Below are positions 1-13,632 of a DNA stretch of 64,000 nucleotides, one piece after another (position 1 is the stretch's first letter; each line of letters begins with the position of its first letter). Source of the DNA: Spizellomyces punctatus DAOM BR117 (lineage: Eukaryota). The notes below the pieces were generated by a model. It worked only from the letters and a program-made list of their open reading frames with translations. It had not been told where the DNA came from and searched no databases. The stretch is from the NCBI GenBank assembly GCA_000182565.2, contig KQ257453.1. One strand, written 5' to 3'. Both the position numbers and the translations under genes were made by a program.

Positions 1-665
1 CCCAACAACATCAACTACAATGAAAAGCTTATGCACATCTACATCAACAACATTGTTCCTATTATTTGCAAACCCGGCGATGATTCAAATTACGGTTCGG
101 CCGCCACTAAAGATGTTGAGGCCTTGCAGATATTATCGAGAAGAATACACTTCGGTATAGTGACATCAGCATGCAGATGTTCACCACCGCGGCAGGCAGC
201 CTAATGAGCCTGTTTAATGTAGGCAAGTTTGTAGCTGAAGCAAAATTTAAAGATGCGAAAGATCACGACCAATATGTAAGTCTCATCAAGGCAAGAGATC
301 GTGAAGGCATAATGGTAAGGGATAACTTCTTTCAGTGGATTTTCGATAATTTTGAAGAGTCCATTAAATGACGCCATGTTCAGCAACTGTTGACCAATCA
401 CGCGGTGGAGGAGAAACTGCTTCGCCGCTTGAGACGAAAGGCTTTGGTCTACGGGCAAGAGATTGACGACGATGCCGGTGATGCAACGTCAGGGCAGCAG
501 ACCAAGGGCCAGGGACAGCCACGAATTCCGCACGATGTAGTGGCAGATATGTATGAAAAGTACGTGATCCCGCTTACCAAAGAGGTAGAAGTAGAATATC
601 TCCTCCACCGGCTAGATTATGGGAACTTCCAAACCAAGGGATTAACCCGAAATGGGACACAATGA
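1..665 (+). CDS. ARO7: Chorismate mutase (eukaryotic AroQ type), 5'-truncated by the window edge, 2 introns
   Basis: Spliced translation gives NYGSAATKDVEALQILSRRIHFG|KFVAEAKF ... LTNHAVEEKLLRRLRRKALVYGQ ... YEKYVIPLTKEVEVEYLLHRLD, which are hallmark Aro7 motifs. Confidence 0.93.
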
Positions 666-871
666 CATATCGAACCTGTGGAAGCAAGGAAATTCTTGTA
701 ACATCCGTGTTTCACATCTCACCGTTGGGAGATAGCTGGCCTGACCGTAAATGACGATAACAGACGTAAACAGTGGGAACGGCATACCGCCCTTCTTCAA
801 TTATGTAACAAAGGCAAACCCGCCAGACGTAAATACAGAAACCTCGTTCCACCCACAACTACGGTCGCGCT

Positions 872-2717
872 TTCAGCTACTGATGCCTGCAGCAACGATT
901 TTCCCATCCATTCCCGCGCTAAGAACATATCGAGCGTCTGTCCCAAACTTGAAATCCGAAATGTTTGCAGTGTGGTAGGACAGATTGCACAATTCGTCCC
1001 ACTGTTTCACCAGGTAGATTCTGTGCGTCACAACGTATATGGTTAGCATGGATCGTGCACTGCAGTATTCTTATTCGGAGCAAACCCTACCTCAATTCCT
1101 GGCCACATGCTGCACCAATGTATTGTCCACTGAAGTCGAACTGGACGCTTTGTACTCCTGTGCCTTTCGGAGCTTCAATTTCAATGGTCTGGAAGTTTAC
1201 CAGTTTTCGCAAATCCCAGAACTTGACAACAGCTTCGTCGGCCGCTGAGGTTGCCAGATAGTACCCATTCTCTGAGAAAGAGATCCCGGTGATCTTGCCC
1301 TTGTGGCCCTCAAAAGAGCGCACATTATTCTGGGACTTGACATCCCAAAGTCGGACAAGTGAGTCATTCGTACCAGTTGCAAGGATGAGGCCATCAGGGT
1401 GGAACTGCGCCGCGGTGTAAGCTGAATCAACGCAGAAAGTATGTTAACAATCCATTGTGTCTGGGACCCGGAAACACCCGGAAACACACCTTGTCCTCCT
1501 TCAGATTGTGCCACACGGAACAGAGATCGTCCAGTATCAACATCAAGGAATGCCCATGTACCGTCGGCAGACGCAGACACGATGTAATCTCCAGTTGTAT
1601 GCAACGTCAGAGCGTTGACTTCGGCTGAGTGGGTCTTGCTGGTATACTTCTCATCAATATGGAATGAATCGTTTCCCCCCTGTTCCACACCGAAGAATTT
1701 GACTGTCTTATCCGCACTTGCTGTGAAGAAGTGACCAGAGCGAACGTTGTCTCCATGGCTGTGCCAAATTGTATCATTGATCTTCTTCTTATGTGCAGGC
1801 GTCTTGGCAATAAGGTGGTTTCCGTTGCGCCAGTCCACTATGTGTGCTTGACCACTTTGTAGACCTGCAAGGGCCCACTCGCGTGTCTCGCCAGCAAGCT
1901 TTCCAGAATATAGATCTAAGCTAAGTGGAGCTTTTATTTCTACTTCCGTAATCTTCGTGAATCCGCGCACCTCGTCTACGGACGCACAGGATGACGCTGG
2001 TTTGCGCTTCCGACGAACTTTCGACAGCGCTGCCGCCTTTGCATCCAATTTTGCGTGAACATCTTTGATCAGGACATCATCAGCACCGTGGTGCTCGTCC
2101 ACTTCCATTCGATCCTCGGGCGCGGCCGACGTTTGGCCAAAGTTGGCCTGAACAGCCGCCAGCGCGGCCCTTGCCTCGTCCCGTTCTTTAATCAAGCGAG
2201 CAATCACACGTTTTGCAGCATCATTTTCGTATAACGCATTTGAAAGTTCCTGACGGGCATTATGATACTGTTGCTTGAGTTGGAAGGTCTCCAGCATGAC
2301 AGAGTCCCATTCGTTTTGCAGAGAGAGAAGAAGGTTCGGAATGGAGCTGGCGGTCGGTGGACGAGGTTTGACAACCTTGTTTGCTATTATATTTTGTCGC
2401 AAGTCAGTTCACAATGTTGGGTACGTGGACAACCGGATAGATCTGGCCCCACAGTCTATACTTACTGAGGTTGAGAGGAAGTAAGTCATCCGCACCAAGT
2501 TCTTCGCCATTGACGGGATCGCGCCCATTATCGGCAATGTACTTCAGAATCAGCCTCTTTTCGAACAAGTGGCCGGACTTCTTCGAAGCCACCGGCTCCT
2601 CAGGAGTTTCACCAGAAACTAGCGGTTGTTGGGTAAGATGCGCGAATGAGTGGGAGTTCCACAGATGATACCGCTAGATAGTATACAACAGCAACGAACT
2701 TACGTGCACAGAACATG
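872..2717 (-). CDS. PRP19: Pre-mRNA processing factor 19 (U-box, coiled coil, WD40), multi-exon
   Basis: MFCA|..[36 protein letters not shown]-box; [51 protein letters not shown] repeats such as [30 protein letters not shown]. Confidence 0.95.
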
Positions 2718-3131
2718 GTTAACGGTAACCGGACGTCAGAGGTGGATGGTGAATTATTCGAGCGCGATCTCTTTCCGTCTGCACTGTTGGTGTCTCCTCT
2801 GGACTGGTTGTCATGGCAATGCAGTAATACGCGCTTATATTGAGGTTATAATGAGATAAGATTTACAATTTTAAGGGATCTTAACATTCCGTATAACCTC
2901 ATGAATCTGCGACTACAGCTTCAAACGACGGCGAGTAGAGATATCCGCAGGGAGATCAAGCCGTTGACGTTGAAAGGAAACCTATTAAAAACAGAAAAAA
3001 AAAGTGAAGTAATCCCCACCGCCCCCAGAGTATTACACCGACGCTATATATGCCTCCCAGAGCGTATCCAATCAAACACATTTCAGTCATCCCTCATTAT
3101 CCCTCATCACGAGCTGCATCTGTTTCAGCCA

Positions 3132-4584
3132 TTAAAACACCGGCATTTCGTCTGGCAGCAAATCAGCCCACGGGTCTTCAGTAAACGATTTCTTGTAATA
3201 AGCTTCGACCCCGTCTTCGATTACCACATCACCACGATCCCGCCCACGCCTCTGGGCACTGCGAGGCATGTCCTCGTCAAATTCATAATCACCAAGATGG
3301 CGATGATCGCGGTCATCCGTTCTACGACGCTAATAACAACTCAAGACTCAGTATTTGAACCGCCACGCCACCGCAGGCATATACGCGTACCACGCTTATA
3401 TGCCCTGCACTAAAAAGGGTTCTCACATTGTATCTCACCTTCTGTACCCCTCCTCCATATTCGCCGCGATCACCATACGGTCTCTTTTCAAATGCAGGAC
3501 GACCATCATATCCACCACGATGACCCCCACGGCCTCGCTGAGGCCCAAAATCAGAGCGACGATCATGCCCATAGCCAAATCCTCTGTCACCATATCCACC
3601 ACGACGTGGTGGGCCACCACGGTAACCCATTCTGTCATCATATCGATCATTGAAACCGCCACGCCCCCCTCTGAAGCCTCCACGGCCCCCGCGTGGTCCC
3701 CGATCATCGCCATAGCCGCCACCTGGGTAACCACGGTCGCCTCGATACCCACCTCGAGGTTCATGAAAGCCACCTCTGAAACTATCCCGGTCTCCTCTGG
3801 AGCCGCGAATACCACCCCTATGAGCCCCACCAGGAAACTGAACATCGGCTCTTGAGCTGGAATCGGGCTCATTTTGAGGCGCTCTGGGAGGCATATTCCC
3901 ACGAGGATCATCGTCCTTCATAACACCAGAACGACCACCATCATGCCGTTTGGCACTTCCCCTACCTCCTCTTCCACCTCTATCTCCTCGGTAGCCTCCA
4001 AATCCGCCGCGATGACCGCCGCCACCCCGAGCTCCCGGAGGCAAAGGCAATGGACTGAATGAACCCTCCGATGGGACGCCTTGTGGAGTTGGATATGGAT
4101 GGGACTGTCCGTAATACCCACTGGCTTGATGATATTGTTGTGCACCTGCTGCTTGGTATCCGGGTGCTGGTTGTGCTTGTTGCGGGAAGCCGGTGCCTAC
4201 CTGCGACGCCTGTACTGGGTATTGTTGCTGATAGGGTTGATACTGATTTGCGTACTGCTGTTGATTAGGTTGAGAAGACGGTTGCGGATACTGGACAGGT
4301 GCTTGGCTGTATTGGTAAGTGGGAGCCGACGCTGCACCTCCCGTGTGAACCTGTGAATATGTCCCTGCCCATTGTCCTTGTGTACCATATGAAGGAGGAT
4401 AGTTGGCAGGCTGCTGGGGGTAGTACGGCTGTGGTTGTTGAGTTGGAGTACCATACGCAGAAGCTTGAACAGCAGCTTGGACGGCTGCTTGGCCATATGC
4501 AGTTGCACTCGGAGTTTGTGGTGTAGCATAGTAAGACACAGGTGGTGCAGATTGCTGGGCTGCACCATGCTGATAGTAACTCAT
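3132..4584 (-). CDS. Low-complexity Q/Y/P-rich plus RGG-repeat protein with a C-terminal MPLKIP/TTDN1-like motif
   Basis: ORF 3322-4584 has a QYP-rich N-half and an RGG-rich C-half. A phase-0 intron (~3331-3438) joins a last exon [32 protein letters not shown]. Confidence 0.75.
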
Positions 4585-4834
4585 CTTGAATGTCAGCTAT
4601 GCGAAAATCAAATGAAAATCGATGGTGGGCAAACAACACCATCAATGGAGGGGAGGGGGATTTTGGAGATTGTTTTGGATCACGTGTGAGAGCTAAGCCA
4701 TTGATGTCAGCAACGAACACTTTCCCAAACCTTCAACTCCACCCGCATGTTTACGCCCCGTTCCATCATCATTCTTGAATAGATTGCCGACAAGTATTCC
4801 ACCAAAAGTCCTCCGTGTCAGCGTTGGTGCGGCA

Positions 4835-6124
4835 ATGAGTGACCTCCTTCAACCACCTCCGGGTGGCGGGCCGCCTGACGAGTTTCGGTGCGAACTCCTA
4901 GATGGTATACTAGAGGAGCGGTCGCTTACGAGAGTGCCTTGTTGACATGACATATACTTCTATCGCAAATATAGGATTTGCTGTAGTCATTCAAGTTGTA
5001 ATGGCAAGCATCGCCTTGAGTTCACTCATTCGTATGTTAGTCTATCTTGGTTGTTTACAACCTTGGCAAGGTCACTTACTAGAAATTCTCATAGTTAAGC
5101 GCCAACGAGAATACCCTAGAAGGCCATTTGTGGTTTGGTAGGCAACCAAGTCTTCAGTCTTGAAAGGGACCTACCTACCTTAACTTTGAAACCGTAGGGC
5201 TCTTGACACAAGTAAGCAAGCTGTGGCGGCTGGGATGGTCCATTTTGCGAACATCGCTATCGCCTATGTATCGGATTCGAAGGAATCCGACAATCCCTGT
5301 ATCTGGTATTTTCTAAATGTATGTAGCCCATCATGCACCTCTCCCGGAGAGATGACGCTAATGATAACATGTGATTCCAGATTTTGTTGGACACAACCCT
5401 TGGTGTGGGGATCCTTGCTCTTTTTCTTCACGGCCTCCATTACGCCGTCGACTACCTCAAGATTCCAGATATGAAATCAGGCCATTACGGCAATCCACCA
5501 AGAATATCAGCTTGGTTTCGACAACTCCTTCTGTTTATCACTGCTTGGTTTTTTGTCAAGCTCACCGTCGTGTTCCTTCTCAAAATATTCCCCTTCTTTG
5601 CTGTGATCGCCGGTTGGCTATTGGATCCGCTGGTGCACTCTGGAGATACACGACTACAAGTCGTGGTCGTAATGCTGATATTTCCTCTGATAATGAATAT
5701 CATCCAAGCATGGCTGATTGACATGGTGATCAAGGGAAAGTCGCAGAGAGTGAGATTGCGGTCTGGAAGTGTGGGCAATGAAAGTGAGGTGGATAGCTTG
5801 GAGGATAATGAGGACTTGGTGGAGGATGTTGAAGACCACCTGGGCGATTTTGTACGGATTGGTGGGGAAGATACAGAGCGTGGAATAGGGCCGGAGGAAA
5901 GAAGAGGCCGATTGACGAGGCATTCAAGTGGCTCAAGCCAACCTTTACTCAAGGTGCATAAATCACCAAGCAGAAAATCGCCAACGCAAAGCCATCCGGG
6001 AAAGCGAACACCATTCGGGAGTCCTAGTGATGGCTATTCACCCGTCGAAAGGCAGGATAACACCGTGGAATATGTTGATTTGGATGAGCCGGTGGATGTG
6101 GATTTTGATGTACCGAGAGCATGA
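4835..6124 (+). CDS. STIMATE/TMEM110 (YPL162C-like) multi-pass membrane protein, multi-exon
   Basis: CELLD..FAVVIQVVMASIALSSLI..KRQREYPRRPFVVW..DTSKQ..HFAN..NPCIWYFLN|ILLDTTLG..SGHYGNPP..VMLIFPLIMNIIQAWLIDMVIK. Confidence 0.85.
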
Positions 6125-6301
6125 GTTTCATTAGATATTTCGGAAGGCTGGACCTCATAACGCCCGTATCGATAGATAGTTTGTTTGGTAAAAGCCAAAA
6201 GGAACATTCTCGTCACAGTGTATCTAAAAGAATCTTTCTATTTTTACATTACAGCTAAGGAATCAACAATCCTTCCTAGGGTATGCCCCTTGCTCATCTA
6301 T

Positions 6302-9300
6302 TTACAACTGCTTAGCGAACGCTAGCTTCACGCTTGAGCCTCTGCGAGGGCTTGAATGTAGCCATTGCCTCTCCATACTATAAAGAAGTCGCATGATTGT
6401 TGGCAAAGAACAAAATAACAGTCCAAAGTCATTTGAAATAACCAACAGCATACCGTGAATAGATCCAGGTCGGTCATCTTGAGCTGGCGATAAGCTGGCT
6501 ATTGTGCCCTCGAAATTGGGATCTGGATTCCAACTAGCGCCAATAACCGGTGCCCTGTTGTGACACGTTACTAAGTGTCCATAGTTATAAAAGCACAAAC
6601 TGACTGCCGGCTGCATACCCGTGTAGAACATGTCGTTGGACTACTTGTGGCTTCTATTTCGTACCATGGACGATAAACACGAGTTTTCGACAATCTAACG
6701 AAAACGCCCATAATAGAAGTTGTTACGCTACCTCCTTATGGTGAATAATCACTCTCCCGTCCGTGCTCGAGGACAAAAATATATCCTGCAGATGCGGGCA
6801 CCACTCAACGGCTGTCACTTTGTCATCGTGGGTAAACTGCTTCACGGGCTGAGATTGAAAGACAATGTTCATAAGAACAGATCAGTCATCACATGTGGAG
6901 CACTTCGGAGTCTTAAAGTGCACTCACCGTGTGCTTGCCCCTGATGCCAGATGTTACGAACAGAGGAAATATATTTAGATGTGATTCGTAACAGCGAACC
7001 AAACACAAAGGAAATGGTCCCAAGAGTTGAATGGTTCACCCTGTTCTCAAAAACGACATGATCACGTACCTCATGTCCCACATTCTGACAGTGCAATCAT
7101 CGGAGCCTGAGAGGACGAGATATTCAGTCCTGGGATGACATTGCAAGGCAGTGACGTAACCTCTGTGTGCCCCTGTGATCTAGCGACGGATGGTCAGGAA
7201 TATCAAGCATTACATTTAAGCATTGGAATGCAGTCAGGTAGTATTACCAAACTGCTAGCGCTGCTCCTGCCCATTCGGATATCTATACAGTTCAGACTTC
7301 CCTCGTCCGTTGCGGCGGTTATGACTCTGGCGGATCGGTCATGTATACTTGTGCAAGTAATCCTTCCCGGCAAGCCGACATCATGGCTGGCCACGGGTAA
7401 CATGGCATTACGGTGATGAAGCGTGTCAGAGCCGTCCACGTCCCAGATGTGCACAAAACCATCACTTCCTAACGGAGGGAAGAAGCTCTGAATTTCCGAA
7501 ATGTGAATCGAAAGACTGTACTAGTGCCGTACCTCCACTGACTACCTTTCTTTCACCGACGTCTATGCGTCCTGAGAGTTGCCCACTCTTTATCTTCAAG
7601 CTATTTACATTGGCATGTGAGTGCATTGCTCGATCCGTTATCGACTGTGGGCCTACCTCATGGTAGTTTTTGCGTCGTTCGTAGTCCGAAAATCCCACAC
7701 AGACAGAAATGAACCTTCGTCGGAGGTTATAAGCAGGTTTTCATTCGGCAGACACCTATGATCAAAAGATTCTTAAGCTTCAGCAACTCGGCACATGAGA
7801 CAACGATTGGGCTGACCTAATGCTGACCATGGGATGCTCAGGACACTTTATGCGCCCTTTATTGCGAATGTGCTTTACACTTCATTACTTACAGCTCGAC
7901 TGAAACCATTAATAGCTTTACCCATGGCTTACCAAAGTTTGAGAAGTGACGGTGCTGCGGAAAGCGGTATTAAGGGTAGATTGCAGGTTTTCTGCTCGAC
8001 GAGGTCGGTAAAGCTCAGAAGTGAAAATGCCCAGCTGAGGATATGGTGCGCCTTCGGCTGGAAGAACATTTGTACTTAGGTCAATATTAAGCCAAACACA
8101 ACTATAGATATTACCAACGAAAATCTTCTGCTTAACAGGATCATCCATTAGCTCCGGAGCTCCCCACGTAATACATTGGAAACGATCTTGCTGCAAATCT
8201 TGGCAATAAAGAAAATTATAGGCAATTGGTGCTATCAATTGGGGAGTAGGATGACGGGACCTATCCACTAATAAACATTTGCTTCGCAATTGTTTTATTG
8301 TCAACTCCACATTTGCTAATTGCGGATTGGTGGCAGTCGGTAATTCGCAATGTTTTGTCCGGAAAGTTTCGGCTTGAGTGCTCTCCAAAGCCGCGGTTCC
8401 AACTGTAGCAGGAGCGGAAGACGTTGAAAGTGATTCCGGTATTGACGAGACTTTCTTTTTGTCCTCGGAAACTACAATGATCCTCTTTGACGGTATCATT
8501 CCATCATGCGGTCTGCGGAGTTGCTTACGCCTTTCGCTCTGGTAGGCCAAATTTGGGGGTGGGGTTTGGGCATGAGACTGAGATGTACCAGCAGGCCCCA
8601 AAGGAGGCGCACGGGCAAATGCCGGTGATGGTCCTGTTGATTGCCCACTTCTCTGGAGGTTCTGAATAGCCCGCCCGGAAATATTCTGCGGCACAGAAAT
8701 GCCAATGGGCCGGACCGGTCGCAAGCCTCTGGGTTCCGCATACAGTGCTGGTCTCAACCGGCCGTTTCGAACAAGAAGTGAGGTCGTCTCCTGCAATCTC
8801 TGCTGAATACGGTATCGAATACCTCAATGAACATCAAAACTGATCCTGGGCTTACTTGAATTGCTCTCTGTGCGGCACTTGGTTCACTATACAGTACTTG
8901 TGCTGTGTAGTCTGGATAGATTTTCATTAAGAGAACTACTCCAAATCTTCGATAGATTTCCCATAGTTCCTGTACGCAGATACATCGACTGAGCTGTGTG
9001 GGTAACAACACGCTGGCCCTTGACAGAAACAGTACCTTTGCAGTAACGTCGCTGGGAAGTCCTGATATTCTGATTCTTCCTTCATCCGAGTAATCTTCGG
9101 GTCTGTACACAAGTCATACTGATTCATCTATATTGCTCGGCCCAACCATAGATGTGCCACGACATACCGCTCTACCTGTTGTCATCATATGTGTAAGGAT
9201 TACAATAAGAACTGCAATCAGCCGAATTTAGCAGTACCTCCAAGCTTATTATGTGATTGTCTATATCCTGATAGTTCAAGTCATTCAAGATTCTCATAGC

Positions 9301-9661
9301 CTGTCAGTCCGTAACAATAGATCGAGTTACTCGAAGTCCGAATTGCCAATGTATTGTCTTAGAGTTAAGGAGCAGCCACCTCAGATTTCTGTAGCGTCAG
9401 TACTGCCGTATAAGCGTCGCCAGATTCCTCTCGCACAAAAAACTCTGTCTGTCGTGGGCATCGCAGTAGCCCTTTGAGCCTCTCCATGGGAAGACCTTTT
9501 GGGACATTGCGGACCAATAACGACGTGCTAATCAATAAGGAAGTTTGCTGCCGCTTCCATTTCTTGCTCATCGGCGGGCGTCTGCCGTCATATCTTGTTG
9601 AATATGGTCGGTGCGCCCGGGACGAGCCGCGCGGTGGGTGATGTCGCGACGGACGTTTCAT
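6302..9661 (-). CDS. Putative multi-exon protein with N-terminal RRM-like domains and C-terminal WD40 repeats
   Basis: RRM-like segments LLVRNVPKGLPMERLKGLL and IRISGLPSDVT..ELWEIYRRFGVV..AQVLYSEPSAAQRAI. WD exons GYVTALQCHPRTEYLVLSGSDDCTVRMWDMR (~7070-7165) and THDDKVTAVEWCPHLQDIFLSSSTDGRV (~6735-6850). The single-gene model is inferred. Confidence 0.6.
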
Positions 9662-9731
9662 ATAGTCATTTGCGAGATCTCTCGCGATGACGAAGGAGGT
9701 GAGGTCTGAGGTGGTGCTTGATCATGTGATA

Positions 9732-12700
9732 ATGGCACAGTCATCATCAGTTATTGACGAGGTAAGCCTCAACTCAGCAGTATATCTCAAGCTTACGGAT
9801 GGCCATCTGCACCTGATGAAAATAGCGGGACTTGTAGCAAAGGGCGATATAGTGGGATTGCGGACTATACTGGAGCAGAAGCGGCGTTTTGGAAAAGACC
9901 AGGCGACCGATGATGAAGGCGAAGATATTAATCGGTCAACAGCTGACGGGCGAACCGCGCTACATGTTGCCGCAAGCACGTCAAATCTCGAATGTCTAGA
10001 GCTCCTCTTATCACAGGTAGGCCCCCTTGTATGCTACGTATATTGTGTAAGTGCTCAATATGATGCTCTCTTGATAACAGCCTACAGTTAATGTTGACGC
10101 GCAGGATGTTAACGGCTCAACCCCACTACACTTAGCCGCGGCTTGCTCAGAGCTGGCAGCGGTACGGTCATTGGTTGCTGCGGGAGCCAATGTTAATGCC
10201 GTTAATGTACACGGGAATCGGTGTGTTACAGGTCGCCTGCATGACGGATAGCCATAGTATTGTTGACTTGAGAATATTCTCGTAGACCTGTTGACTATGC
10301 AAAAGATTCGGAAGTCGAGGCATTCTTGACAGGCAAGTTGTGATGTATATTGGATCCCGAAAAGTATAGAACCATCTCTGAACCTATAAGTCTCACCATG
10401 CAGGGAAAATGGCAGCAGCAGCGCCCCCAGTGCCACCACAGGTGCGGTTGCGGTCTCACCGCTGCAATTAGATTCCAGACCTGGTGTTACAGTACTGACA
10501 GAGTGTCTTGGGGACTTTGTAGCGAAAGAGCTCCCATCTTATCGAGCTTGAGTCTGAATTACCTGAGGACATCACTCGGCTTAAGGGATTTTGCATTGAT
10601 TTGATTATCAGTCAAAGCGTGTTCAGAGAGCGCTGCAAGGTCCGTCTGGGATGGAATGGTCATAAATTTTGAATTATACTCACCGTTTTTATCTAGGAAA
10701 CCATCAGGCAACTGATAGAGGAAAAGCACGTCGCATTGCATAAGAATCGACTTTTGGAGGTAGCGTATCAGCTCTCTCAAATTGTTGATGGAGCTCCATG
10801 GCTTACATCACTCATTCTCCTAGCAAGCAGCGGGAATTCAAGATAGGGAGACAAGCGAGCGATTCATTGATCAACTCCAATATCTACAAGATGAAAACGA
10901 ACGACAAGCTGCCACTATAGCTTATCTTAAGGTACTCGCACGCCAACCGGCGGTGCATCCCATGACAGATCAATTGATACCACGAAAATATCGTGCAGTT
11001 TTCATTCATCGTCATCCTTCTCTTCCTTTATGAAAGAAAAGATCAGTATACAAATGTTCGAGCATGCAGCCGCACAGCAGGACGAATATTATAGAAAGAA
11101 CCTTGCAGACCTGACGAAGCAACATAACGAGCAGCTGCAGGCAATTTTTCGCCGTAATGAAGAGACGGAGAAAGCATTTCTGGTATGCATCCGCCCCGTG
11201 CATATCCCGCTCCGGATTTCCTCATTGACCTCCCTTCTTGGGATTCAGGCATATCAAAAATCACATTCTGAGGAGTTGGCTGAGCTTGCCAAATTGCGAA
11301 CCGAAGTAGCTTCAGGCAAAGGAAAGCCAATAACCACGAAAGGCAGCAATGCTTCTTTGGAGGTAATGTTGAGCGCATCTACGTTTCAGACTACTCCTAT
11401 TCTAATATATTTACCGGAAGGCTGGGCTGCAAGCAGAAGTGCAGAGTTTACGGAAAGAGCAAGCGAATACCGTCGCCGAAAAGCTAGCGCTGGAAGAAAG
11501 GTTGAAGGTACCCATCTGTCTGCCCATCGCGTAGTTCACTGTGAATGATCTAATTTCATGAATTCAGCTAACAGAGAAGCTGAAATCTATGGCAGAGCAA
11601 GAGAACACCAATCTCCGCAACGATATAGGCAAACTGCGAAAGCTGATGCAAGAAGAGGTATCCCTGTTATTGTCCCGTATCTTTGGCCGGCATCGATCTT
11701 ACGTGTACTATCTGCATGATGACGGATAGATGCTAAAGCAATTGCAAGAAGCTCGTGAGGAGCAGGACCAGATGGACGAATCGAGTGGCAATATCGTCTT
11801 TACTAAAGGAGAAGGTGGACAGAAGCGGCTGAAAGGTGCAACACCCACAAAACTTCTTGAGCGGCTACTAGATCCGGCGGTGCATGGTATGGCATTACAG
11901 GCGGACATACGCTGGCTTCCTGAGTAGCTTAACTGACCCTTGTGTTAGACCACCACTTCCAGCAGACAATTCTTTTGACGCATAAAACATTTATAAGTAG
12001 CGCGGCCCTATTAGAGTCTATTGTTAGCCGGTTCCGTGAGGCTGCGTCCGGACTACCCGAAGAAGCGCGATCCCAATCTCCCGTGTTAAGTCGGTATGTA
12101 GTGCATCTTCGGTTTATGACTATCAATAAAATTTTGACGTTTTGGTCGATCAGGATCATTAATGTGCTCAAGTTTTGGGTCGAGCATTACTGGAGTGACT
12201 TTGCCGACGATGCTTCTTTAATGCAAGACCTACGAGCTTTCACCGACGATTCTACTCATAATGAAAATCTGATATCTAGTCTACGAAGCGCAATTAAGCG
12301 AAAGGTGCGGCTGTGCTTCATTTTACACTTGAAGGGCACCTTAATAATGGTAGAGGCTACTGTTGACAGTCAAATTCTGATACTCCCGTTGTGGACCCAA
12401 CTACTGCGCCGCCAAAACCTATCCTCCCCCGCGCGCTAGCAAAGCGGTACTCGATTGACGGTGCACTATTTACCGGCCGCCCGATTTTGATGGGTGGTTT
12501 GACGGTCGGTCTAGGAGTGGATCGACCGACCAGCTGGGCTCCTTTCAGTGGCAAGGGCAAGCTTCCGGAGGGATTTGAGGATGTGAAGATCAAACTTCCC
12601 GATATGGAACCGTTGGAAGTTGCACGACAGTTGACTTTGATTGAATTTGAGCTTTTTCGGGCTATTAAGGTAGGACTGTGATCCTCCGTTCCATCGGCGT

Positions 12701-13632
12701 TGGCCAATTTGCGGTCCCTCATCCTCTTCTACTTGTTTTAGTCAAGAGAGTTTCTAGATCTTGCCTGGATGAAGGACAGTAAGGAAACTGAAGCACCGAA
12801 TATCTTACGAATGACGCGCTGGTCAAATCATGTTGTGCAATGGATCGTTACGGAGATAGTTAGCGTGAAGGAAAGCACAAAGGCGCGGGCGGCCGTTTAT
12901 GAGAAAATCATCATGCTTGGCCACGTGAGGAGCACTCTTATCTTTGACAATTATGTCTTCTACTTGTCTAACGCGCCGGTTCACAATGGCTTATTAGTAT
13001 TTCCAAAAACTCAAAAACTTCAACGGGGTGAAGGAGATTGTAGCTGCGCTCCAATCTGCGTCTGTTTATCGTCTCAAGAAAACCAAAGAGGTAAAATGTA
13101 TCAGCGATGGTTGCCAGTGAGAAGGTATTAAGACGCTCCCTAGGCAATGGGGAGCAAGCACCTCCGAATCTACGATGAGCTGGCAAGACTGGTGTCGAGT
13201 GAGCTCAATTACAAGAACTTGCGTGCCAAGGTGCGAGCGACAGATCCGCCGCTAATCCCATTTCCAGGATTATACCAAGGAGATTTGGTATTGTTTAGTA
13301 CACTGCGTCTAGATTCCCCATCTTGTGCTTATGACGCATTTGACAGGTTTTCCTTGATACATGCCACAAGGATAGACTTGATGGCGGCCTTGTAAATTAT
13401 CACAAACTCGAAAGTATCGCTCGATCTGTCCTGGAGCTAGAGGTTTGTAAGACTCTTTTTACCTATTCGCCACATGCATTAACAAACCGGATTCGATGTG
13501 TAGGCATATCAGCAAGTACCTTATTCCCTAGAACCTATACCCGAAATTCAAGACTATATACGCCATTATCAACTGCTGGACGACGATCAGGCATATAATG
13601 AGTCCTTGGCATGTGAGGCGAAAGCAAACTGA
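9732..13632 (+). CDS. Ankyrin-repeat plus coiled-coil plus RasGEF (REM and CDC25 domain) protein, many introns
   Basis: Ankyrin motifs DGRTALHVAA and NGSTPLHLAA. REM: LKGATPTKLLERL, ILLTHKTFISS, INVLKFWVEHYWSDF. CDC25: PLEVARQLTLIEFELFRAIK, APNILRMTRWSN, NFNGVKEIVAALQSASVYRLKKT, PPLIPFPGLY. Confidence 0.88.
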
